Shown here: positions 10,007-19,093 of the stretch, piece after piece
How the letters are laid out: each line of letters opens with the position of its first letter
Position numbering within the stretch: position 1 is the first letter of the stretch
Origin: Bacteroides sp.
Lineage (GTDB): Bacteria > Bacteroidota > Bacteroidia > Bacteroidales > Muribaculaceae
DNA length: 64,000 nt
Direction: 5' to 3'
Assembly (NCBI GenBank): GCA_014801945.1
Contig: JAAVDF010000016.1
Location: forward strand, 5,857-69,856
The notes under the pieces: generated by a model
The model's input: the letters and a program-made list of their open reading frames with translations, nothing else
Told to the model about the DNA's origin: nothing
The model's database searches: none
Translations under genes and position numbers: made by a program

Positions 10007-11455
10007 TCAGGCATTCTCTTCAGGATGATCCTGACGCCAAGCTTCGTCCGGTTGACAACCTGTGCCGTCAAAGCAGTGGGTGCAGAGCTGGCATTTGGGG
10101 AGGCCGATGCTCTCGATAAGATGTTCGATCTTACTGAACTGTAGAGTGGAGAGTTCAAGACGTTTGGCTATTTCCTTGACCATGCGCTCGTATTCCGGAG
10201 TTCCGGTAGTGGCATAGAGGTCGAGTTTAGCTTTGTCGTCACCTTCGAAATCGCGGATGATGCGTCGGGTGATCAGTTCGAGATCGCTTTTCGATGATGT
10301 GAAACCGATGAAAGGACAGCCATAAACAAGGGGCGGACAGGAGATGCGGGCATGTACTTCCTTGACACCGCACTCGTAGAACATGCGGACATTGTCGCGG
10401 AGCTGCGTTCCTCGTACGATGGAATCGTCGCAGAACACCACACGTTTGCCATTGAGGATCGCACGGTTGGGGATGAGTTTCATCTTAGCCACAAGATCGC
10501 GTCGTGACTGATTGCCCGGAGTGAAGCTGCGGGGCCATGTCGGAGTGTATTTCAGGACGGCGCGACGATAGGGAATACCCTTGCCTTCGGCATAGCCAAG
10601 AGCGTGGCCGACACCTGAATCAGGAATACCGCATACGCAGTCAGCTTCCGTCTGATCTTCCTCGCCCATCTTGCGTCCGGCTTCCTCGCGCATGTCCTCG
10701 ACGTTGATTCCTTCGTAGTCGCTGGCCGGAAAGCCGTAATATACCCAAAGGAAGGAGCAGATCTGTTTGCGAGGGCCGGGAGCCTGAAGTACTTCCATGC
10801 TGTCAGCGCGGAGACGTATGATCTCGCCCGGACCTACATCGCGGATAGTCGTGTAACCGAGGTTGGGGAATGCTGATGTCTCGCTGGCGGCAGCGTAGCC
10901 GTCCTCCTTCTTTCCGATGACGATAGGCGTGCGTCCCAGATAGTCGCGTGCGCAGATAATCCCGTCCTCTGTTAGTATGAGCATCGAGCAAGATCCCTTG
11001 ATCTTCTTATAGACAAGATTGATGCCATCGATGAAATCCTTGCCCATGTTGATCAGCAGTGCCACCACTTCGGTCTGGTTGATGGTATTGGCCGAAAGCT
11101 CGCTGAGATGCATGCGTTCTTCAAGGAGTTCGGCGGCGATTTCGCGCAGATTGTTGATCTTTGCAACCGTGACCACCGCGTAGCGACCGAGATGGGAGTT
11201 GACGATGATTGGTTGGGGATCAGTGTCGCTGATCACTCCGAGTCCTTGATTGCCGACAAAGCGGTCAAGTTCATCCTCGAATTTGGAGCGGAAATAGTCG
11301 CGTTCAAGACTGTGGATAGTGCGGTTGAAACCATGTTCAGGGTCGAATGTAACCAAGCCCGCACGTTTGGTTCCGAGGTGAGAGTGGTAGTCTGTGCCAT
11401 AGAAAAGGTCATTGACACAGGGTTTGGTCGAAATTGAGCCGAAGAAACCTCCCAT
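10007..11455 (-). CDS. purF: Amidophosphoribosyltransferase homolog with the N-terminal Cys replaced by Gly
   Basis: PRPP motif VFCDDSIVRGT, GIPDSG and Fe-S-type Cys pattern (ICSF, GCPF, CTHC); begins MGGFFG. Confidence 0.88.
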   Translation of the reverse strand: MGGFFGSISTKPCVNDLFYGTDYHSHLGTKRAGLVTFDPEHGFNRTIHSLERDYFRSKFEDELDRFVGNQGLGVISDTDPQPIIVNSHLGRYAVVTVAKINNLREIAAELLEERMHLSELSANTINQTEVVALLINMGKDFIDGINLVYKKIKGSCSMLILTEDGIICARDYLGRTPIVIGKKEDGYAAASETSAFPNLGYTTIRDVGPGEIIRLRADSMEVLQAPGPRKQICSFLWVYYGFPASDYEGINVEDMREEAGRKMGEEDQTEADCVCGIPDSGVGHALGYAEGKGIPYRRAVLKYTPTWPRSFTPGNQSRRDLVAKMKLIPNRAILNGKRVVFCDDSIVRGTQLRDNVRMFYECGVKEVHARISCPPLVYGCPFIGFTSSKSDLELITRRIIRDFEGDDKAKLDLYATTGTPEYERMVKEIAKRLELSTLQFSKIEHLIESIGLPKCQLCTHCFDGTGCQPDEAWRQDHPEENA

Positions 11456-11908
11456 AGTGGATTGTCCTTAATAATGTGCTTTGAAAAATGAAAGTGCAAA
11501 GGTAAGAAAAAATTTCGAGCATGATTCCGGGTGGGGTGTTAAATGAGGGAATTTTTTTGAAATTTTCCGATGGATTTTCTCCGGATTTTATCTCTGATAT
11601 GGGTCGATAGAAATCATCGACAGGCATGTCTGTATGGGCCGTCCGGGAGTATATGGGCTAATCACTGTGCCTGATGGTGCATGATGCTATATAATAATGT
11701 GGAACATATCGCTCGGTGGCGATGACCTGTGTGTCCGTGTTGACACAAGATCCATTATTGAAAAAAACATGATAGAATGACGTAATGATGTGGTGTGCGG
11801 GACATCTTTATGGCCAAACGGACTCTAAATTTATGTTTTAGCGAGTTTTTGTTTTGATTTCTAAAACTTTTTGCCTACCTTTGCGCAGTTTTTTCAACCA
11901 ATATTGTC

Positions 11909-12514
11909 GTGGGAAAATTTTCAGAATTCCGTCTCCCCTTGAAAAACATCCCGGAAGGTGTTCAGGAATTTGAATACCATCTCGGTAAGCAGTTTTTCGT
12001 GAACATGGAGAGTGCTGACATACATGATGCTGACCTAACCGTCAGACTGACAGTGACTCACAAGCATGATATCTATGATCTTGCTTTCCACGTCACCGGT
12101 ACTGTCACGCTCATCTGTGACCGTTGTCTCGATGATCTCATCCAGCCGATCGATGCTACTTACGATATAGCTGTCAAATACGGCGATGACTATTCAGAGA
12201 CTGATGAACTTCTCATCATTCCAGAGAGCGATAACTGGCTCAACGTATCGTACATGATATTTGATACGGCTTCGCTCGCAATACCTGTCAAGCATGTCCA
12301 TCCGTTGGGCAAGTGCAACCGTGCGATGAGCGCGCTTCTGCGCAAGCACCGCGCCACTAAGGTGGATGATGAGGATGCTGAACTGACCGATCAGCTCATG
12401 GACGAGATGGATTCGATGGATTCCGCCCCCGATGCGGCCGATGAGCGTCCTACCGACTCACGTTGGGATGCTTTGAAGAAACTCTCGCCCGACGAGTCCG
12501 GCTCTGAAGCTTGA
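11909..12514 (+). CDS. yceD: DUF177/YceD family protein
   Basis: CDRCLD and DSRWDALKKL motifs; directly upstream of rpmF; TACCTTTG promoter at 11877-11884. Confidence 0.9.
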   Translation: MGKFSEFRLPLKNIPEGVQEFEYHLGKQFFVNMESADIHDADLTVRLTVTHKHDIYDLAFHVTGTVTLICDRCLDDLIQPIDATYDIAVKYGDDYSETDELLIIPESDNWLNVSYMIFDTASLAIPVKHVHPLGKCNRAMSALLRKHRATKVDDEDAELTDQLMDEMDSMDSAPDAADERPTDSRWDALKKLSPDESGSEA

Positions 12515-12618
12515 TTTACGGCTCTCCGCCGGGCGACATGAATTTTGATAATAAAAGAAGAAATATATACATATCTGTTTTCACATTTCATCTGCAAAAC
12601 AAAAAATAATAATAGATC

Positions 12619-12804
12619 ATGGCACATCCTAAACGCAAGCAATCAAAGACCCGTACAGCAAAGCGTCGTACTCACGATAAGGCTGTAGTCCCCACTCTCG
12701 CCCTCTGCCCCAACTGCGGTTCATGGCATCTTTATCACACAGTATGCGGTGAATGCGGTTACTATCGCGGACGCATCGCTATTGAAAAGACAGCAGCAGT
12801 CTAA
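12619..12804 (+). CDS. rpmF: 50S ribosomal protein L32
   Basis: MAHPKRKQSKTRTAKRRTH followed by CPNC..HTVC..CGYY zinc motif. Confidence 0.97.
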   Translation: MAHPKRKQSKTRTAKRRTHDKAVVPTLALCPNCGSWHLYHTVCGECGYYRGRIAIEKTAAV

Positions 12805-12948
12805 GGACGCTAAAGCCGGCTTTTAAATCTCGCGCGGCTCTGGCAGACTTGCGGGATGAATTTATTTATCAGCAATGTTCATCCACGGCGGTCCTGTCAG
12901 GGTCGCGCGTGGATTTGAATATTCTCTCATTTTTAAAGAAATTTTGCT

Positions 12949-13932
12949 ATGCTTCACGCACGAATTTCAGGATTGGCTTCCTATGCGCCTGACGACATCC
13001 TCGACAACGAAATGCTCTCGAAGATGGTCGATACCAACGACGAGTGGATCACCACCCGCGTAGGCATCAAGGAACGCCGTATCCTCCGCGAGCCCGGCAA
13101 GGGTTCGTCATATCTTGGCATCAAGGCCGTCGAGAAACTGCTCGAACGTACCGGTACCAAGCCTGAGGAAGTGGATCTTCTCATCTGCGCAACCTCCAAC
13201 CCCGACTACCGTTTCCCTTCGACCGGTTCGGTCATAGCCCATCAGCTTGGCCTCAAGAATGCATACGCCTATGACATTCAGGCTGCCTGTGCCGGTTTCC
13301 TCGTTGCTCTTGAGGACGGTTCGGCCTATGTCCGTTCAGGTCTCCGCAAGAAAGTGGTTGTTGTTGCCGCCGAGAAGATGTCGTCGATGACCAACTATCA
13401 GGACCGCGCCACCTGTCCGCTGTTCGGTGACGGTGCAGGAGCTATGCTTCTCGAACCCACCGAGGAGAATGTCGGTGTGATGGACGGTGTGTTCCATGTC
13501 GATGGCGAAGGTCTCGAACATCTCTGGATGCCCGCAGGCGGTTCAGTGCTCCCCGCATCTCACGAGACAGTGGATGCACAGCAGCACTACGTGATTCAGG
13601 ACGGCCGCAACGTCTATAAGAACGCTGTCACCGATATGCTTGAATCATCGCTTGAGGTTATGAAGCGCAACGATCTCACTGTCGATAACATTGACTGGTT
13701 TGTTTCGCATCAGGCCAATCTCCGCATCATCGAAGCCGTCGGTTCACGTCTCGGTATAGATGAAAAGAAGGTGCTTGTCAATATCGAGAAGTACGGCAAT
13801 ACATCGGCCGCTTCGATCCCCCTCTGTCTTGACGAATATCAGGATCGTCTGAAAAAGGGTGACCGTCTTATCCTCACTGCATTCGGTGCAGGCTTCACTT
13901 GGGGAGCGATGTATATCATCTGGGATCTCTGA
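12949..13932 (+). CDS. fabH: Beta-ketoacyl-ACP synthase III
   Basis: AACAGF, LFGDGAGA, HQAN, GNTSAAS and FGAGFTWG motifs. Confidence 0.96.
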   Translation: MLHARISGLASYAPDDILDNEMLSKMVDTNDEWITTRVGIKERRILREPGKGSSYLGIKAVEKLLERTGTKPEEVDLLICATSNPDYRFPSTGSVIAHQLGLKNAYAYDIQAACAGFLVALEDGSAYVRSGLRKKVVVVAAEKMSSMTNYQDRATCPLFGDGAGAMLLEPTEENVGVMDGVFHVDGEGLEHLWMPAGGSVLPASHETVDAQQHYVIQDGRNVYKNAVTDMLESSLEVMKRNDLTVDNIDWFVSHQANLRIIEAVGSRLGIDEKKVLVNIEKYGNTSAASIPLCLDEYQDRLKKGDRLILTAFGAGFTWGAMYIIWDL

Positions 13933-13964
13933 TTTTCTGTCGTCCTGACAATTAAATTTAACGG

Positions 13965-13992
13965 AAATAGCATCTTTTTGGGTGCTATTTTT
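13965..13992 (+). terminator. Intrinsic terminator after fabH
   Basis: aaatagcatc..ggtgctattttt hairpin plus T tract. Confidence 0.6.
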
Positions 13993-14046
13993 GTTTATAT
14001 ATAAGTACAGAAATTATAATCATCAAAATATACGAAAATCAGCGAT

Positions 14047-14931
14047 ATGGAACATAAAGCAGGATTTGTCAATATTGTCGGTAATCCGAATGTCGGAAAA
14101 TCGACGCTTATGAATGACCTCGTAGGCGAACGCATCAGTATCATAACCTCAAAGGCACAGACCACGCGCCACCGCATAACCGGTATAGTGAACACTCCGG
14201 ATTACCAGATAGTGTTCTCCGACACTCCGGGAGTCCTTCAGCCGAAGTATAAACTTCAGGAAAGCATGCTTAATTTCAGCGAGGGTGCTCTCGTTGATGC
14301 CGATGTGCTTCTCTATGTGACCGATGTGGTGGAAGATCCGTCGAAGAATGCCGATTTCCTTGCCAAAGTGGCCAAGGAGAAGATACCTGTACTGCTCGTG
14401 ATCAACAAGATTGATCTCGTGAAGGTGCAGATCGAACTCGAAGAGCTTACGGACCGCTGGCAGAAACTCCTGCCGAATGCGGAGATCTTCCCGATTTCAG
14501 CCAAGGAAGGATTCAATGTCGATAACCTGCTCAAACGTATCGTGGAGCTTATCCCTGTTTCCGCACCATATTTCGGTAAGGATGCCTTGACTGACAAGCC
14601 TGCCCGATTCTTCGTCACCGAGATTATCCGTGAGAAGATCCTGACCATCTATGACAAGGAGATACCTTACTCCGTGGAGGTGGTTGTGGAGAAATTCGAG
14701 GAAAAGGAGAAGTCTATCCACATCATGGCGGTGATCTATGTCGAGCGTGATTCGCAGAAAGGTATCATCATCGGCCATCAGGGCAGTAAGATCAAGAAAG
14801 TCGGTATGGAAGCCCGTAAGGATATCGAGAAGTTCTTTGATAAGAGCGTATTCCTTGAACTCTTTGTCAAGGTCGAGCCTAACTGGCGTAACCGCGAGAA
14901 CAAGCTCCGTTCATTCGGCTATCTCGAATAA
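14047..14931 (+). CDS. era: GTPase Era
   Basis: GNPNVGKS, QTTR, DTPG, NKID, EIPYS and KH-domain SQKGIIIG motifs. Confidence 0.97.
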   Translation: MEHKAGFVNIVGNPNVGKSTLMNDLVGERISIITSKAQTTRHRITGIVNTPDYQIVFSDTPGVLQPKYKLQESMLNFSEGALVDADVLLYVTDVVEDPSKNADFLAKVAKEKIPVLLVINKIDLVKVQIELEELTDRWQKLLPNAEIFPISAKEGFNVDNLLKRIVELIPVSAPYFGKDALTDKPARFFVTEIIREKILTIYDKEIPYSVEVVVEKFEEKEKSIHIMAVIYVERDSQKGIIIGHQGSKIKKVGMEARKDIEKFFDKSVFLELFVKVEPNWRNRENKLRSFGYLE

Positions 14932-15011
14932 GCCTCAACAACAGCCCATAGTTTAACAGTCCGCGTCATCTTATCGGCGCGGATATCCTTTAGAAATATT
15001 ACTGTTTGACA

Positions 15012-15051
15012 GACAGCAATGCCCGTAAGGAGCATTGCTGTCGCTTTTTTT
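15012..15051 (+). terminator. Intrinsic terminator after era
   Basis: gacagcaatgc / gcattgctgtc stem plus T7. Confidence 0.8.
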
Positions 15052-15220
15052 CTACGATTCAGCTTCCAGTGGGCAGAAAATTTGACCGGATTGATGATTC
15101 CGGAACTCTTTATTGGGGAAATTAACACGATTATTTTGTTTGTCATTCTCAAATAGAGTAATTTTGTAAATATTAACCTTGATATACCAAATATCCGAAT
15201 ACCAAAACTCACATCTGAAT

Positions 15221-16504
15221 ATGGTAAGTGAATCCAAAAGAGAGAAGATAATCGCGCTTATCAAACGCGAGGTCGTACCTGCCATCGGCTGTACTGAACC
15301 CGTTGCAGTGGCTCTCTGTGTGGCAAAGGCCACAGAATTGTTAGGCTCAGTTCCCGCGCGCATCGAATGTGCGCTTAGTGGCAATATGCTTAAAAACGCT
15401 ATGGGAGTCGGTATCCCCGGCACAGGGATGATCGGACTCCCGATTGCGATGGCTCTCGGTGCGCTTGTCGGAAAATCTGCTTATGGTCTTGAAGTGCTCA
15501 AGGATGTAACTCCGGAAGCCGTTGAGCGCGGGGTAAATTATATTTCGGAAGGACGTGTGGCCATCTCGCACGATGAAGCCGCTCCCTCGAAACTGCATGT
15601 GGATGTGAGGGTCACTGACGATGACGGACATACGTCGCGTGCAGTAATTTCGTGTGAGCACACTCATTTCATTCTTCTTCAGAAGGACGGAGAAGTGGTT
15701 CTCAAGGAAGAATCGGCAGGTGATGCGGCGGAAAATGAGGATGATATAGCTCTTGATCTCGCCACTGTCTATGAATTTGCTTCAGAGACACCGCTGGATG
15801 AGATTTCCTTTATCCTTGAGGCCAAGGAACTCAACATGGCTGCTGCGGAGACAGCTCTTTCGGGTGACTACGGCCATTCGCTTGGTTCAACTATCCGAAA
15901 ATACGGTCTGAAATATTACGGCGATACCCCTGTCGAACACATGATTTCCTATACTTCGGCCGCCTGCGATGCCCGCATGAGCGGTGCGCCTGTCGCTGTT
16001 ATGTCCAATTCGGGTAGTGGCAATCAGGGTATCACGGCAACAATGCCTGTGGTAAGCTTCGCCGCCGACATGGAGGCCACCGAGGAGCAGACCATACGTG
16101 CTCTGATTCTCAGTCATCTCACGAGCATTTACATCAAGCAGAGTCTCGGTCGCCTCTCGGCTCTTTGCGGCTGTGTCGTTGCTTCGACCGGTGCGTCGGC
16201 TGCTATTGTCTATCTCATGGGCGGTGGCTATAATGAGGTCTGTGCGGCGGTGAAAAATATGGTCGCTAACCTCACCGGCATGATCTGTGACGGAGCGAAG
16301 CCCTCATGCTCGTTGAAGATTTCATCTGGCGTATCGACGGCCATGATGTCGGCCATGCTTGCTATGAACGGCAAATGCGTGACCTCCACCGAGGGCATTA
16401 TAAGCGATGATGTGGATGCTACCATACACAATCTTACCTCAATAGGCCGCGAAGCAATGAACGAGACAGATCGCCTTGTGCTCCGCATCATGACCTCCAA
16501 ATGA
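15221..16504 (+). CDS. UPF0597/YhaM-like serine dehydratase alpha / cysteine desulfidase family protein
   Basis: PAIGCTEP, KNAMGVGIP, GSGNQG, GRLSALCG and GMICDGAKPSC motifs. Start set at ATG 15221. Confidence 0.85.
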   Translation: MVSESKREKIIALIKREVVPAIGCTEPVAVALCVAKATELLGSVPARIECALSGNMLKNAMGVGIPGTGMIGLPIAMALGALVGKSAYGLEVLKDVTPEAVERGVNYISEGRVAISHDEAAPSKLHVDVRVTDDDGHTSRAVISCEHTHFILLQKDGEVVLKEESAGDAAENEDDIALDLATVYEFASETPLDEISFILEAKELNMAAAETALSGDYGHSLGSTIRKYGLKYYGDTPVEHMISYTSAACDARMSGAPVAVMSNSGSGNQGITATMPVVSFAADMEATEEQTIRALILSHLTSIYIKQSLGRLSALCGCVVASTGASAAIVYLMGGGYNEVCAAVKNMVANLTGMICDGAKPSCSLKISSGVSTAMMSAMLAMNGKCVTSTEGIISDDVDATIHNLTSIGREAMNETDRLVLRIMTSK

Positions 16505-16537
16505 TCGGGTAAGGAATTATTGAAGACAACATTACAC

Positions 16538-16581
16538 TGTGAGTGCGTGTCAGTCGTCATGATGGCTGACACGCACTCACA
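16538..16581. terminator. Bidirectional hairpin between convergent genes
   Basis: tgtgagtgcgtgtcag..ctgacacgcactcaca 16-bp inverted repeat. Confidence 0.8.
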
Positions 16582-16604
16582 TATTATATGGTTTGAAGTC
16601 AGGT

Positions 16605-17777
16605 TTAGAAAATGACTTGCAGACGGGCTTCGATGGTGTTGACGTGGCGTTTTGGCAGCAGGTTCTCCACATCGCGGTCATGGACATTGGTGTAGGAGTA
16701 GCGCAGACGGGCAAGCATCCATGAATTGATATAGTAGTTGAGAGTGCAGTTGATATCGTTCATTATACCTGCGCGGATACCTGCCTTTTTGTCGGAAGCG
16801 TCGGTATAGTTGTAGCCGAGCACGAGTTCAAGAGATCCTTTAGCCGGGGTTGCTACGCCTGCATCTGCATGGGAGTAGTTGTAGCGTGAACCGATCAGGA
16901 GGGTGCGCACGATACCGTATGCTCCATGTGCCTGATAATTTCTGAAGCCGTCCTTGCGGCTTACGTTCATGTAATAGTATTGAGCCTCCAAAGCCCAGTT
17001 TCCTTTTATGATAAGGAGTTCGGGTGTCATTTTGAAGAGTCCTCTGGCATTGTCGATATTTGCTTCAAGGAGAGTGACTTTTGATACTCTGGAGGGAAAA
17101 TTAGCGGAATAATCGAAACCTGTATGGTCATCCGCGGTCGGAGTCGAATAATTGAATGAAGATCCGATCTGGAACACGTCCCCGTCGCTGTGGCGCGGAC
17201 GCCATACGAGACGTGTCTCCGCGCCCCATGCCTGTTTGCCCATTTCCGAAGCGTTCTGTGTCATGACTCCCTGCTCGGCGAAGATTGATGTACCGGCAAA
17301 ATACTGGTCCTTGTCATAGACCCACATGGCAGCCAGAAGACGGGGATTGGCATAGAAGAATTCATTTGATGTCGGCTCTTCGTATGTCTGTTTCATTGAT
17401 GAGCTGGTCTCTGAATTCAGACCCCACTGTGGGACGAAATAACCTACGCGGACGAGATTGGCAGGATTGAAATCATATTCGAAATAGGTGTCTTTAAGAC
17501 CTACCTTACCGTATGAGAAACCGACATCTATTTTTGCTTTCCATTTTCCGTAGGTGGCTTTCGCTCCAAGACGAACGTCGGGGATAGCCACACCGTTGAC
17601 GAATTTCGTATCATTCTCATCAGTGACATTACCGTTACCACCGAGATAGACTGCTCCATCCATAAGGATTCGGCCGGTGGGAGAGAATGAGAGCTTGGGC
17701 TGTGAGTCGGAATCTTCAGCAAAGACGGGAAGAATGCACATTGAAGCAGCAGCGAGTGATGTGAGTATATTTTTCAT
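16605..17777 (-). CDS. Phosphate-selective porin OprO/OprP family
   Basis: Signal peptide; GRILMDG, DVRLG, ELVLGYNY, LNYYIN and C-terminal ARLQVIF strands typical of porin O/P. Confidence 0.75.
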   Translation of the reverse strand: MKNILTSLAAASMCILPVFAEDSDSQPKLSFSPTGRILMDGAVYLGGNGNVTDENDTKFVNGVAIPDVRLGAKATYGKWKAKIDVGFSYGKVGLKDTYFEYDFNPANLVRVGYFVPQWGLNSETSSSMKQTYEEPTSNEFFYANPRLLAAMWVYDKDQYFAGTSIFAEQGVMTQNASEMGKQAWGAETRLVWRPRHSDGDVFQIGSSFNYSTPTADDHTGFDYSANFPSRVSKVTLLEANIDNARGLFKMTPELLIIKGNWALEAQYYYMNVSRKDGFRNYQAHGAYGIVRTLLIGSRYNYSHADAGVATPAKGSLELVLGYNYTDASDKKAGIRAGIMNDINCTLNYYINSWMLARLRYSYTNVHDRDVENLLPKRHVNTIEARLQVIF

Positions 17778-17962
17778 AGCGGTGAAATTTTTCAGTAGTG
17801 ATTAAATAAAGTAAGAAGACTGATGTCCCTGTAAAACAGGGGAAGGGCTTGGCGAGTGAAGCGTGAGGATAAAGGAGTGATTGGGAGAGAGGAGATGAGC
17901 TATGAATATAATGTGTGTCCTTGTTGTTCGCCATTCGGACTTTGAGTGTGTGAAACGTATTT

Positions 17963-18793
17963 TCAGTCAGTGGTTGTAGGGGTCGGTACGGGAGTTCCTT
18001 TGGCCACCTTGCCGGCCTTTTTGAGTTCCTTGAATTCTTTTTTCGCTTTTTCAAGTTGCTTCTGGAAAGCGGGATCGGCATGCAGACGGGCCACTGTCAC
18101 AGCTCCCGTGATGCGTCCTGCATCGACATCGCTCTGGAAATGGTAACCGCAGATGACACGGCTTTCGCCCATTTCATAACCGCGCTTCAGGATTTCGTTC
18201 TGTCGTTCGGGATTGATTTCTGCAAGGACAAGTGCGGTTGCCCAGCCGATTGAGGTATGGCCTGAGGGATATGAACCGTTGGTCGAGAGTTCTTCCTGCT
18301 GTTCGGGATTACACGTATCCTCGTTGTAGAAGGAGAATGGACGCTGGCGGTTGTAATAATTCTTGGCCTCACGAGTGCCGAGATCTCCGGCATCTTCACG
18401 CATTCCAATCACGAGTTTGAGGATCTCAGGTGCGGTCGCCTCGTCGATTTCCACGCCGAAAGCCTCCGAGAAAGCTTCGGGGACACCGTTGCCCTCGACG
18501 CGGGCGTCACTTACAGCCTGATCACCTCTGGGGGTGTCACGCATGGTCTTGCCCCAAGTGTAGCGGGCTTGATCATTGAGGAATGTGATTGATGCACCGT
18601 CCGGTGGAGGTGGCAGGAGCAGATAGCTGTTGGGGGCATCACCCTCCTGAAGGAAGAACACGTCGGGATTCGTGCGGTGATCCTTGATTGTCTTCGCTGT
18701 GGTCTCGGTTTGACCAAATGCGAACGCGCTTGTCACGGTCATTAACAGAGCGCAGGCGGTGGCGCGGAGTGCTGAAATGTGTGTCGTCTCCAT
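17963..18793 (-). CDS. Class A non-specific acid phosphatase (PAP2; PhoC/PhoN-like), secreted
   Basis: [14 protein letters not shown] and [13 protein letters not shown] catalytic motifs; signal peptide from ATG 18793. Confidence 0.92.
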   Translation of the reverse strand: METTHISALRATACALLMTVTSAFAFGQTETTAKTIKDHRTNPDVFFLQEGDAPNSYLLLPPPPDGASITFLNDQARYTWGKTMRDTPRGDQAVSDARVEGNGVPEAFSEAFGVEIDEATAPEILKLVIGMREDAGDLGTREAKNYYNRQRPFSFYNEDTCNPEQQEELSTNGSYPSGHTSIGWATALVLAEINPERQNEILKRGYEMGESRVICGYHFQSDVDAGRITGAVTVARLHADPAFQKQLEKAKKEFKELKKAGKVAKGTPVPTPTTTD

Positions 18794-18930
18794 AAGTGTG
18801 TGTAGTTTGTAGATTAGATGAAATAAGTAAGAAGATTGCTGAATCGGGAGCGTCGCTCCGCATGAAATGGTGTGGAGTGGTGACCGATATATCAAAGAAA
18901 CATAGCCCGGTTAATAATAGTTGCGGAATT

Positions 18931-18952
18931 TTATATGTTGTTAGACATATCC
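18931..18952. promoter_or_regulatory. Possible Cur/BT4338 (Crp-family) box
   Basis: tta-TATGTT-gtta-GACATA resembles wwwTATGTTnTAnAACATAwww. Confidence 0.4.
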
Positions 18953-19019
18953 ACCGGGATTTAACAAATCTCTTTAACAATAGTGAAATTGTCGATAAAA
19001 TCGGGTTGACTGGCAGAAG

Positions 19020-19066
19020 AAAAAAACTCCGTGAAGGATCGCGGTGATGCGAATCCTTCACGGAGT
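19020..19066 (-). terminator. Intrinsic terminator of glgP
   Basis: actccgtgaaggat / atccttcacggagt 14-bp stem with a T tract on the minus strand. Confidence 0.85.
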
Positions 19067-19093
19067 CTGTTATTTGGAATCCGTCGGGGTGGA

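Noticed and set aside
11510-11870. Long purF-yceD intergenic region as a purine riboswitch or ncRNA
   Set aside because: The purF promoter (TACCTTTG, ~11497-11504) is close to the start codon, leaving no room for a riboswitch; no convincing structure seen.
17716-18081. 121-aa ORF spanning the phosphatase-porin gap
   Set aside because: Overlaps both genes out of frame and has no protein-like features.
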